Shown here: piece after piece, positions 37,011 through 49,000 of the stretch
How the letters are laid out: the number at the start of each line of letters is the position of its first letter
Numbering within the stretch: position 1 is the stretch's first letter
From: Sminthopsis crassicaudata
Lineage: Eukaryota
DNA length: 64,000 nt
Assembly: GCF_048593235.1 (NCBI RefSeq)
Contig: NC_133622.1
Span: forward strand, 193,161,198-193,225,197
Direction: 5' to 3'
Made by a program: the position numbers and the translations under genes
Notes under the pieces: generated by a model
Told to the model about the DNA's origin: nothing
Databases searched by the model: none
The model's input: the letters and a program-made list of their open reading frames with translations, nothing else

Positions 37011-40000
37011 ATGTCTGACACAAAGCTTGCTGGGGGCCAGCAGTGGGCCCTTTGGGGGATGCTTCTGTGTGTGCTATGTACCTGGTGCCTGGGAGCCCCC
37101 TCTCCATCCCCAAGCCCTGCAGCAAGCCCTGGCAGCAAGCTTCGTTTCCGCCTCGCTGGTTTCCCTCGGAAGCACTACGAGGGCCGTGTGGAAATACAGC
37201 GGGCTGGCGAGTGGGGTACCATCTGTGATGATGACTTCACCCTGCAAGCGGCTCATGTGCTATGCCGGGAGCTGGGCTTTACCGAAGCCACGGGATGGGC
37301 CCATAGTGCCAAGTATGGCCCGGGCACAGGTGAGAACAAGCACCAAGAAAGCTCACGGAACAGGGAAATGGCACCAAATCCAGCTGAGGCTTCAGGTTTA
37401 GGAAGACCTGGAAAAAGATGGTTGGAGAGATGTTGTTGGAGGTGGGGGAGAGGAGAGGTTGAGCAAATAAGTAATATATTGACAAAGTCCAAAAAAAAAG
37501 TGATTGGGCCAAATATAATGCAATAAATTGTAATCAATATCAATGTAAGATCAGACTTAGATTCAAAAAATCAACTGTAAATCAACCATACTTCCCTGAG
37601 AGAAATGAGCAGATAAACAATTCCTAAATTAATGATCTGCAAGTTCTATAGGTCAAATAAAAAAGGTAAAGTGATTGAAGGGCAACATCAATGGAATGAG
37701 GAAGGAGTTATTGGTACCCTTGTCCTCTGCTCACGTCAAACCTTCCCTGGCAGATTGTATCCACTTCTCTAAGGATAATGATAAGCACATCCAGAGGAAA
37801 AATAAACATACAAAATGAAGTGTAATTGGAAATTGAAGCAACATGGTACTCATCCTAGAGAGCATTAGTTCTGAAATCAGAGGACATGGGTTCAGATTCT
37901 ACTACTCATTTGAGCAAATCACAACTTCCTTGGACCTCAGTTTCTTTATTTGTAGAATGAGATGGCTTCTGAAGTTTCTTTCAATTCTAGATTTATGGTC
38001 CTAGGGAAGGAGAAAGCTTACTTATTGGAACATGGAAATACTTTAGATTCCTTGACAAATGGTCATGCTGCCTTTTTTTTTTTTTTTTTTTTTTTTTGAA
38101 AACTCCCATGGACAGGAAACTTACCATGGCATGAGTTCTGATTGTTGGAAATTTATTTTGTGAACCCCAATTTCAGACTATAACTTTGCTTCCAATTTCA
38201 GAGGCTGTTAGACATAAACACCTTCAACTGTCCTCCATTCCCCCAAAATAATACCTCTTTCTTTTTCCAATACTTAGGTCTCTTGTAATCTTAAAAAACA
38301 ATTTTCCCTTGCTCACACCACCCTCTCAAAATATGACCCCATATCTGTCTCCTTCCCTTAACTGTAAAACTTCTAGAAAGAGACTTTAACTCAACTTCTT
38401 GCTCAGCACACTTAAAATCTGGCTTCTCTCCTAAGACTACTTGGTGAGTCTCTTCAAGGCCACCACCAATGACCTTTTAATTGCCAATTCTAAAAGCCTT
38501 TCCTCAGTTTTCTTCCTCCTTGACCATTCTGCAATCTCTGAAAGGCAGGATTGAACTTAGAGTCAAGAAAACCCTTGCCTTCTCCAACATTTCCTCGATG
38601 TATGGCAAGTCATTTTAACCTCTGCTTTTCTTGATGTCTGTGAATATTTAGCATATGGAAGACAAATTAGATTCATGATCTCCAAAGGGCAGAACTCAAT
38701 ACAACAAGTAGAAGTTACAGGGAGAGAGATTGCAGCTCAAATAGCACTTTCCTAACAATCTGAACTGCTCAAAACCAACTAAATAAATCCTAATGGGCTT
38801 CTTCAGGAAGCAGTGAGCTTCCATATATTCAGAAGTCCTGAAGAGAAGTCCTCCCAGAAGGAGGAAGCTATAGAAAGGATTGCTATGCTGAGAGGGAGTT
38901 GAGACAGCCTATTTCATTTTGGAATTTGATTTAATTATTTCATATTTTCCCCAGTTATATTTAAAACAATGCTTTGTGGTTTTTTTTTTACGTTTGCTTT
39001 TAAAATTTTTTGAGTTCTGTTTCTTTCCTTTATCCCCACCCCCAATTAAAAACCACTTGTGAGGTTATGCAAAACATTTCCATAAAAGTCAAGACAGCAT
39101 ATTTCTAAGGTCTCTCCCAACTCTGAGATTTTTTAACTCTAGCTTGGAAAAAGAGCATGTCAAAATAGGGCCAGATGTTACATGAGTGGGGCTGAATGGG
39201 AAGGGAAATCAGACTTAGGGGGTGACCAGTGCCCAGGGATTTAGTGCTGCTTCTTAAAAAAAAACTTTGGACCAGATCAGATGCGAGTCCTCATTCTAGA
39301 TCTTCCCCTAAATCATCTTATGACTTTGAGAAAGTCACTTTGCCTCTCTGAACTTTAGTTTCCCCTTCTGGAAAAAACAAAATCGTTTGACTCGGTGGTT
39401 TCTAATTTTCCATCACATGAAATTGTATGATTCAGTGTGATTTCGGCTCATTCAAAATGAACCTGGTCCCACCAAGGCCCTTCTGCATTACCTGGGTAAT
39501 CACCATAGGTTTCCAATGTCTCCCATCCTCTTCCTTCCCTTCTGGCTCCCCACAACTAACAGTAGAACATTCATTTAATTAACTCAGAAGGTCATTAATG
39601 GCCCAGGATGCAGCTCCTTATCTGCCAAGGCCCTGAGCCTCTCCTTCCTTACCTGTAAATTAGCGGGGTGGGACTCTAAAACCCCAAGCTCTGCCATTCC
39701 CTGCCAACATCCCCATTGCCACCTTCACCACCATCTATCTCTGTGCTCCCTCTCACTCCCTCCTGTCCCGCTCCCCAAGGCCGAATCTGGCTGGACAACC
39801 TGAACTGCAGAGGAACAGAGCGAAGTGTGAGCGAGTGTAGTTCTCGGGGCTGGGGCAACAGCGACTGCACCCACGATGAGGACGCTGGCGTTGTGTGCAA
39901 GGATCAGCGCCTTCCCGGCTTCTCCGATTCCAACATCATTGAGGTTGGTGGGTACATGGGCAAAAACACAGCTTTTGCACAAACACTTATACATGTGGCA

Positions 40001-43000
40001 GCCAGGGAGCGAAAGCTCGACTTTGAGTCAGAGACATGAATTCAAATCCTGCTTCTGACACTTACTAGTCTTGGGATCCCAAGCGAATCACTACTAAGCC
40101 TCTGTCTTGCCTCATTTTTCTCATGTGTAAAATGGTGATAATTATAGTGTCTACTTCCCAAGATTTTTGTGAGGATAAGATAATATTTATTTGTTTTTTT
40201 AATTTAATTTTACTCTATTTTTACAAGGATCCAAAATGAGCTGATATTCAAAAAGTAAAATCTTTTGCAAGCTGTAAAGCGCCATATCAATGCTAGCTAT
40301 TATTATTATATACGGACATCTGAGAGCTGGAGAAGCTATGGGGATCGTGGAGCAGTTGTTCAGTCACCTCCAACTCTTTGTGACCCCACTTAGGGATTCC
40401 TAAGCCAAGATGCGGAGTCATTTGCCATTTCCTTCTCCAGCTCATTTTACAGATGAGGAAACTGAGGCAAAGTCATACAGCTGAGTTTGAACTCAGGTCA
40501 GTCTTCCTGACTCCAGGGCTGGCACTTGTCGCCACTGCGCCACCTACCTGGGACAAGTAGTGTGTAATATCCTAGGGAAGGCAGCCTGTTTTAGTGGAAA
40601 GAGTTGGGGAGTTTGACAGAGGATCTATAATCTGGGCTCTGCTGCTTCCTTTGTAGCCATTTAACCAATCTGAGTCTCAGGTCTCTTCCACCCCCAAGAT
40701 TTCTTCCAGTTCGGGATCCAATCATCTGTCACTGCTTCGCCTTTTTTATTTTCTTTCCATTTTTTTTTAATGATAGGATTAGATTTTCTATAGAAACTTT
40801 GACTTATTATTATGTGAAAAAAAGATTTTTGTGTCAAGTACCTCCAGGGGGATATAGGGGACTGGAGAGTTATATGATTTAAATAAATCCTAACATCATG
40901 TGAGACCTCAGTTTCCTCATCTGTAAAATGGAGAGAATGGAAGATGATCCCTAAGGTCCCTTCTAGTTCTCAATCTTAAGGTCTTTAGGTAAATGAGAGA
41001 ATGAGAATGAGGAGTTTCCCCGAGGCCTTCTGATTCTGTGATCCTTTGAGCCCCTGAGATGTGTTTGTGTGACCTGTGCCATCCTCTTCCCAGGTGGAGG
41101 AGCAGCATTTGCAGGTGGAAGAGGTTCGTCTGAAGTCAGCTGTGGGAGGGGGCCGTCGGCCACTGCCTGTCACGGAGGGGCTGGTTGAGGTCCGGCTTCC
41201 TGGGGGGTGGGCCCAGGTGTGTGACCAAGGATGGAGTGCCCATAACAGCCGAGTGATCTGCGGGATGCTGGGCTTCCCCAGCGAGCGGAGAGTGAATGCT
41301 GCCTTCTACAGGTAAGAGAGTCCGGGTGGGACAAGGGATGGGAGGAAGGGGATCCCAGTGTGAGGTAAGAAGGGGTCTGAGCTATGAAGTGTGAATGGGT
41401 GGCTGAGGTTTGAGATGTCGAGAACTGAATTTCAGGGCTTGATGGAGTGCGGGTAGGAGCAGATCTGGGGTTTGATGGCTGTGAAAAGCACCTTGGCATG
41501 AAATTCTAGGTGTGAGGGTCCAGGGTTTGAGGAATGGAGTATTCTGAGTTTTGAGGTACAGGGGGGCAGAGGCTAAGTTTGGGGAGTATGATGAGATGAC
41601 TGTACTGCCAGATGCCAGGAGCTCTGAAGGCTTGAGGTAACATAAGTCTGAAGAGCAAAAATATAAAAATTGTGGGTTCTGGGATACCGAGGTCTGAACT
41701 ATGAGGCAGAAATGGGGATGTGAGGGGAAAAGATGTTGCAAGCACCGGGATGGGGAGTGGGAACTCGGGGATGGCGAGGGGGTTGGAGAATGGAGCATAG
41801 GAAAAGAGTAGGGTGGGGGTGGGGCCTTTTTTGGTGGGTGGGGTTTGCTGTAATGGGGCGGGCCTTCCCCATGGGGTTGATCTGAGCCTTTCCATGTCTT
41901 AATGTAGGTGACATCATCTAGAGCTAGGCAGATTCTTTTGATTGCTCTGCCCCAGGCTACTTTTTCTGATGCTCTCAAACTAGGGCCAGAGAGGGCGAGA
42001 TCTGGAAAGGCTTCCAGAAGAATGGGTATTTGTTCTCTGTGGAATATAATGACTCTCCCGGATTTGTCAGTCCCCCGGAGCCGAGTAAGAACTGGAAGAA
42101 ACCTTAGTCATCTAATCTGACTCTATTTTATAAATAAAGAAACTGATAGTAAGTGACCAAGTTAGGGTTCCTTAGCCTGTTAATAAGCACTTATTAAATG
42201 CCTATTTACGTGCCCTACACTGTGCTAAGCACTGAAGTTACATGATAGGCAGTGACAAAGCCAGGATTCGAACCCATTTCCTCAGCCACCAGATCCAAGT
42301 CCTGTTAACAAGCACTTATTAAAGGCCTATTTACGTGCCCTACTAAGTGCTGAAGTTACAAAGAAAGGCTGAAGTTACAAAGAAAGGCTGAAGTTACAAA
42401 GAAAGGGAAGACAATATACCAAAAAGATCCAGACAAGCTGAATTGGCATGATCTCCTAGATAAAGCACTGAGGCTAAGGTAGTCAGAAAAGACTTCTGGC
42501 AGAGGACGGCATTTTGAGACTAGAAAGAAGCCAGGGCAGCAAGAGGAGGAGAGGAGGAAGAGGAAGGTTTCGGGCTTGGGAAACAGCCTGGAGTAGGAAC
42601 TAGATTTGTTTGGAATAGGACGGAGACTCACAGAGTCAGGACAGAAGAATAACCTGTAAGATTAGAAAGTTAGACAGGAACCAAATTGTGGTCCTAAGTA
42701 TTATGGCCCTAAGTGTTTTCTGTTTGATTCTGGAAGTGATTGGGAACCGCTGAGTTCATAAAATGGGTTGGTCATAGTGACATGGTCAGACCTGTGATTT
42801 AGGAAGGTCTGTTTGGCAGCTGAATAGAGGGTAAACTGTAATAGGACAAAATGAGGAAGGGAAATGAACCAGAAGATGATCGTAATCGGTCAAGCATTTG
42901 GTTGTGAGGACCTGTGCCAGAGCAGTGGCAGTGCCAGGAGAAAGAAGGAAATGCAGGAGAGATGTTCCAAGGGTAGGCAGGCAACTTGGCAACTATTTGT

Positions 43001-46000
43001 ATACGGGACCGAGAAAGAAGAGTTCAGGACGACCGCTAGACTCGGAGACTGTGTGACTGGGAGGAGGATGATACCCTTGAAAGACATTGAGAAATTACCA
43101 AGAAGGGAGCTTTTAGATGAAAGAGAATGAGTTCAGATTTGCACATATTGAGCACAAGATGTCAATGAGACATCTCATTCAAGAATTTTACTTGCTAGAG
43201 ATGCAAGACAGGAGAGGGGCTAGGACTAGATAAATAGATCTGAGCATCATGGACATAGAGAATTGAATCTATGGGAGCTGATGAGTTCACCTAGAGAAAT
43301 AGTATAGAGGGAGAGGAGAAGAGGGCACAGGATGGAGCCTAACTCTTGGTTAGATCCAGGTTGTTTCCATTGTACCGAATACATTATTTTGTTGTTCCAT
43401 CATTTCAGTTATGTCCAACTCTTCATGACCCTATTTCAGGTTTTCTTATGCTAGAATGGTTTGCCACTTCTTTCTCTGGTTCATTTTACAGATAAGGAAA
43501 CTGAGGCAAACAAGGATAAGGGAGTTACCTAGCATTGCAGGGATAGGAAGTTATCTGAGCCCATATTTGAACTCAAGAATACTCATTTTCCTGACGTCAG
43601 AGCCTGGGCATTCTATCCATTTTGCCACCTCACTGTTCCAATGCATTATTTAGGAGATCCTTAGATCCTTATTGAATTCAATTGGATTTGTAGGATTTCA
43701 GCAGGATTTTAGGATGAGTGAGGATGTGGAATGAGCAAAGGCTTGATAAAGATTTGGAGCAGATCAGAAGTTTGTCTGGGGTTTGTATTCATCTTTCTAT
43801 AGAGTCTCAGAGACTTGGATTCAACAAACGAATTCATATAACCTCCACACTGGGTTTACCAGAGAGCTTGGAATCTTTGTGTTCCAAAATCTTCCATAAG
43901 GCAATATGGCACAGTGTGAAAAGGGTGGGATTGGAAGGTTTGGATGACCAAAAAGTGGGCAAGTCCCTTCCTCAGTCTCCTCAACTGTAAAATACAAGGG
44001 AATTGAACTAGATATCTAAAAAGTCCTTTCCATCTCTAAATTTATGATTCTAAATGTAGTAAAGAAGATTAAAAACACACATGAAACAATGAGATAGTTA
44101 AGGATTGCAATGTAGAAGACCATGTGATCCAGCCTTTCATTCAACAGAGGGAAACCAAGGCTCAGAGAGACGGAAAGGCCTTTTCCAAAGTCACATTGAT
44201 AATTTAACAACAGAATCAAGACTGAAATCTACAAAGACCTAGATCACTATAAGACTACAAGAAATATTTAATAATAGAGATGAAGATATAATGCCGTAAA
44301 AACTAGAAATGAAGAGCAATGAAGAAATAGTTCTTTTGGGGGAGAAAGTATTCAGAATAGTTAGTGCTGAGCTTGTCTTATTTAACATATAATGATAAGT
44401 GCCTCAAAAGACAGATGTGAGCTCAATATAAACAAAAAACTTTATATTTATATTTATTATTATATCTTATTTAGAGACTCACTCCATATAAAATGGAGCT
44501 CAATATAAAGGAAAAGCTTTATATTTATATTATATTTTATTTATACACCCTGAAGTGTATAAAATGAACCATGCTAGGGGAGGGAGCAGAGTAAGAAGGG
44601 ACTGAACTTCCCTCTCGAGGAATGCTGTAGAGAGAGTGTGAGCTGGATAAGCTGGATTCCTCCAATTCTGAGATTCTCATAGGAATCACATATTTAGAGT
44701 TGGAAGGAACCTTAGAAATCTCTAATAGTCTGGCCTTCTCATTTTGTCGTTGAGAAAACCGAGACCTGAAAAGGAAAATAGGTCTTACAGAAAAGTATTC
44801 AAACTGAGGCACCCCAGCACCAAAGCCAGCACTCTTTCTAATGAGACCATATTGGAGGCCACAGCAATTTTTCAGGAAGGAATGAGGCAGGGAATTCTTC
44901 CCAACACCTCTTCTCAGACTGTGTATTCTAAGTCATTTGATGATAATGTATTCAAGGGGAAATGTTCCAAAGCATGTTTATGGGATGGGGAGCAAGGGGT
45001 CCCAGCTTTTTGCAGTATAGCTTAGGAAGAAGAACTAAGGATCACCACTAATGGTTCCCCTCAAATCCTGAGGCAATTGTGGCTACTGCTCTTTCCTATG
45101 GAGCAGAATGTCCAGGGAGGGAATAGCCACGAAAGGTGAATTGGCCAAAAGGTATGTTGACCATGAAAGAGCATGAAAATGGTTAATGAAGCTTCGTGGT
45201 TAATAATTGGAAGTAACTAAAGTTTAGGGCCTAAATCCCAGCCACTAGGAACTCCTTCAGGGTGAAGAAAGTAAATTCAACTTAAGTACTAACTATGGAC
45301 AGGGTCAAGATTAAAAATACAGTCCCTGCCTTGGAGTTTATAATCCAATACAGAAGGTTTTACAAATCATAACATACCAAAAGAACCAGAGTGACAAAAG
45401 AGATCACTTTTAGCAGGGAGATCACCGAAGACTTCATAGAGGAGGTGCCGACCCCAATACATTTTGAGAGAAGGAATGGACTTCAGTAGGCAGAAATTTG
45501 GTGCTGCATTCATTCTATGCATAGTAGGGGTGCAGGATGTGGGAAAACATTGTTACAGAAACAGAAAAAAATAGGACAGAAAATAGTCCAGTGTGGATGG
45601 GATTTAGAATTGTGAATTTGGTTCAAGGATCCAACAAATTATTAAGTACCAAGTGCTGGGGATATACACATAAAGACAGTTAATTCTTGCCCTTACAAAG
45701 CTTCCGTTCTACTAGGTGGGAAACATGTATACAAATAAGTAGATACAAAGTTTATATGATGTAATACTTAGTAATTTCAGGAGAGAAAGAGATTGCCTGT
45801 ACCAGCAGCCAGGAGGATCAGAATACATGTTCCATAGGAAGTGCTACCTTTCCAGGGAAGCTTGGGATGTCAAGTGGCAGAAGTGAAGGCATTCCAGGCG
45901 TAGGAGGAGACATCTTTGCCAAAGCAGAGTAGGAAGATAACTTTCCATGCACGGTGTAGAAAGTATATGAGAGTGACATGAGATAGAGCTAGAGAGGTAG

Positions 46001-49000
46001 GCAGGAGTTAGCTTGAAGAGGGCCTTGAATGCCAGCCCAAGGAGTTTCTATTGGCAATAAGAAACTACTGAAGGTTTTTTAGGCTGACATAAGTCAGATC
46101 TGTGCATTATCCAGGTGGTTTTGTTCCTGTGTGAAGGAGAAGCTAGTAGTAGAAAATAGTAGCCCAGGTAAGATAGGACAGACTAAGGATGTAATATGGA
46201 GGGACCAACGTGGCCATTGATTGGGGACTGAAATGAACCAAAGCGTCCGCCTAATCCCAAAGTGTAGGTGACTGGAAAGATAGCAGTGGTTATGGTGGAT
46301 GGACATTGGGAGGTGGGGCCCGCTGGGAATCAGGGGAAGATGAAGAGTTGGAGTTGACACATTGAGCTTGGGCCAGTAAAAAAGGAAGCAGACCCTTGAC
46401 CTCACTCCGTGGGAGCTGCTCCAAGCTGGGGCTAGGAAAGGGGTGAATGGAGTATTTAGGGCCTCCCTGCTACTGCTCCCATCCCCTCCAGTGTTCTGGC
46501 TTCGTCTGCCTCGGCCCCGAGACAGCTTTATGCTTTTGCATTCCCTTCTTGGCGATGAGCCCCGGGTCTGGCGGAGGGCCGAGAAGAGAGGTCAGCTGGA
46601 TTAGCCCACGCTTGGGCCTGACCAGCTCCAACAGCCTGGCTGTGGGCCAGATCACATGGTTCCCTCCGTGGCCAACTTCTGAATTCCTGGGCTTGACACC
46701 CCACCCCATTTCCGCCATGGTCATGGGCTGAGTAATTGAGATTCTTGGGACAGACACTATCAAAAATAGTGTGTCCATAGTGTGTCCATAAGCTGAATGG
46801 AGACTCTTGGCTCCCATCCTGCCTGCTAGTCTCTGTCGTCCTAAGGCAAAGATCCTGTCCCGAGTCTTTAAATGGACAGGGTCAAGATTAAAAATACAGT
46901 TCCTGCCTTGGAGTTTATAATCCAATACAGAGGGTTTTACAAATCATAACATACCAAAAGAACCAGAATGACTGAAGAGATCGCTCTTAGCAGAGAGATC
47001 ACGGAAGACTTCATAGAGGAGGTGCCGACCCCAATGCATTTTGGGATCTCCATCTCCTGCCTTTTCCACTTTTTCCAGGTGTTCATATCTAACTTTGAGC
47101 TATGAGGATCTGTCTCTGATGTCTTAGCTGGTTGGGGAGTTAGAAAGAAAAAGGATAGGGCAGGAGACAAGAGATCCCCTAAGCCCTTGGGGAAATTTTT
47201 CTCGTTCCTGACCTTGACTGGCCCTCTAGCCAGGTCCTGGGCTCCAGGCTTGTCCCTTACTCCAGTGTTCTCTTGTCCACACAGACGGTTAAGGAAACGG
47301 GCAGCCAAGGCCTCTGCCCAACGCCGTGGGTCTCGTAGCAGGTAACAGGGCAGGAGGGGGTTGACCTCTGGCTGAATCCAGGGGCCTCCTGATCCTCCCT
47401 GTGGCTCCAGGAACTGGAAGGAACCTGTCTGTCCTTTCCAGATCCCAGGGTAGTGAATCGGGGTGTGGCCAAAGAGGGTCAAACATGGGGACAGGTGGAA
47501 GAAATACTCCCTTCTGCTCCCCTTGGCAACCCTGGATTTGAACCCTCAGCTCCCAGCTCCACCAGCCTCGATTCATACTCGCTCCCCTTTACCCTCCCCT
47601 CTTTTCCAGCCTTTCCCTTCACTTCTTTCCCATGGCTCTGCCTAAATTCAGCCACCCTTTCCCTCTTCCCTGATATAATCAGGCATCTCCAGTGGGGTAG
47701 CATGGACCCCTGGAGCCCTGCTCAACATGGCCACAGAGGGGTCAGTGTGCCCCAGCTCCCTGACTGCTTTTCCAGACTGCCTGCCTTCCTCATCCCTTCT
47801 CTCCCGCTGTCCTCTCTTTCTGAGGAACAGAACAGAAAAGACAAGGGATCTGATGTCCCCTGACCCTTCCTGATCCCCTTCTGCTTCTCTTCCGCCTCCC
47901 TCCATGTCTATCTCCTTTTTCCAGGCCAGTCACCAAGTTTAAAGCCAAACACAAACCCCGTGCAGGCCAGGGGCCCAAAAAGAGGTAAATGAAGAACTGG
48001 ACGGTGAAAAGGACGCAGAGGCCCTGAGAGCCCACTGGTCGAGCAGGGGACCCAGGGACCTAGCTGCTTGGGAGCCAGGGGAAAGGGGGAGGGCTTCAGG
48101 GACCGGGGATCTCCAAAGTCCGGTCGTATCTGCTTCATTCTGCGCCCACCCCGGTGATGTTTGCCTAAGTGACCAGTGACCCCCATCCTTTATCATTTAT
48201 TTCTTCAGCATAGCTGCTGTGGAGAGGAAATTCAGGATTCTGTCTGAAACCTCATCAGAAAGCAGCAGTCACTTAGCTTCCTAGTACAGTAGCACGTAGA
48301 ACAGAAGGCTGTGTGACTTGGTCCTGTCTTTCCCCTTCGTTACGTTAGAACTCTGGGGGACTGCTGCCTATTTCTTAGGCCCAATAATAACAATTCCACT
48401 CTCATTTATACACCAAGCAGTCCTTGCATTATCTTGCTGGTTCTCACCACAGTTCTGAGGAAGAGAAGTAGCCGGCAGGACAAAGATGGTGACCCCCATT
48501 TTACAGCCCTCAGAGCAGGAAAGCAATTTGCCTAAGATCCTAAAGGTAGTGATAGACCGGATAGGTCTAAATGCCAGCCCAGAGTTCATCCCTCTGCACC
48601 ACCTGCCCTGTCTAACTCCAGAACAAACCCCTGCACCCCAGGGCTTCCAGAGACAACCTGGACATGGGAATCTCTCTGCTTGGTCAGTGAAGACCAAGGG
48701 GAACATTCATTACTCTATTCTTTTTCCATCTTGAGCCAGGGATCACAAAATAATCCTCCAAGCATCTTTCAGCAGCGTCTGGTTGGAAGAACTTGAGCTT
48801 GCCTCTTTAAGCTCTGCTTTTTTGGGATTCCTTTTTGATGTCTCCCTTGCCATGAACAGGTCCCAAAAGGACTTCTCTTTCTTCTCTGGGATAAGACCAT
48901 TTCCAAGACCCCCAACATTGCCTGCTCCTTTGGAGCCTTGACACTCTTTATTCTGGGCTTCTTGTATGAAATGTTCACACACACACACACACACACACAC

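Noticed and set aside
44419-44542. About 50-bp AT-rich local duplication
   Set aside because: Low-complexity slippage product with no evident function.
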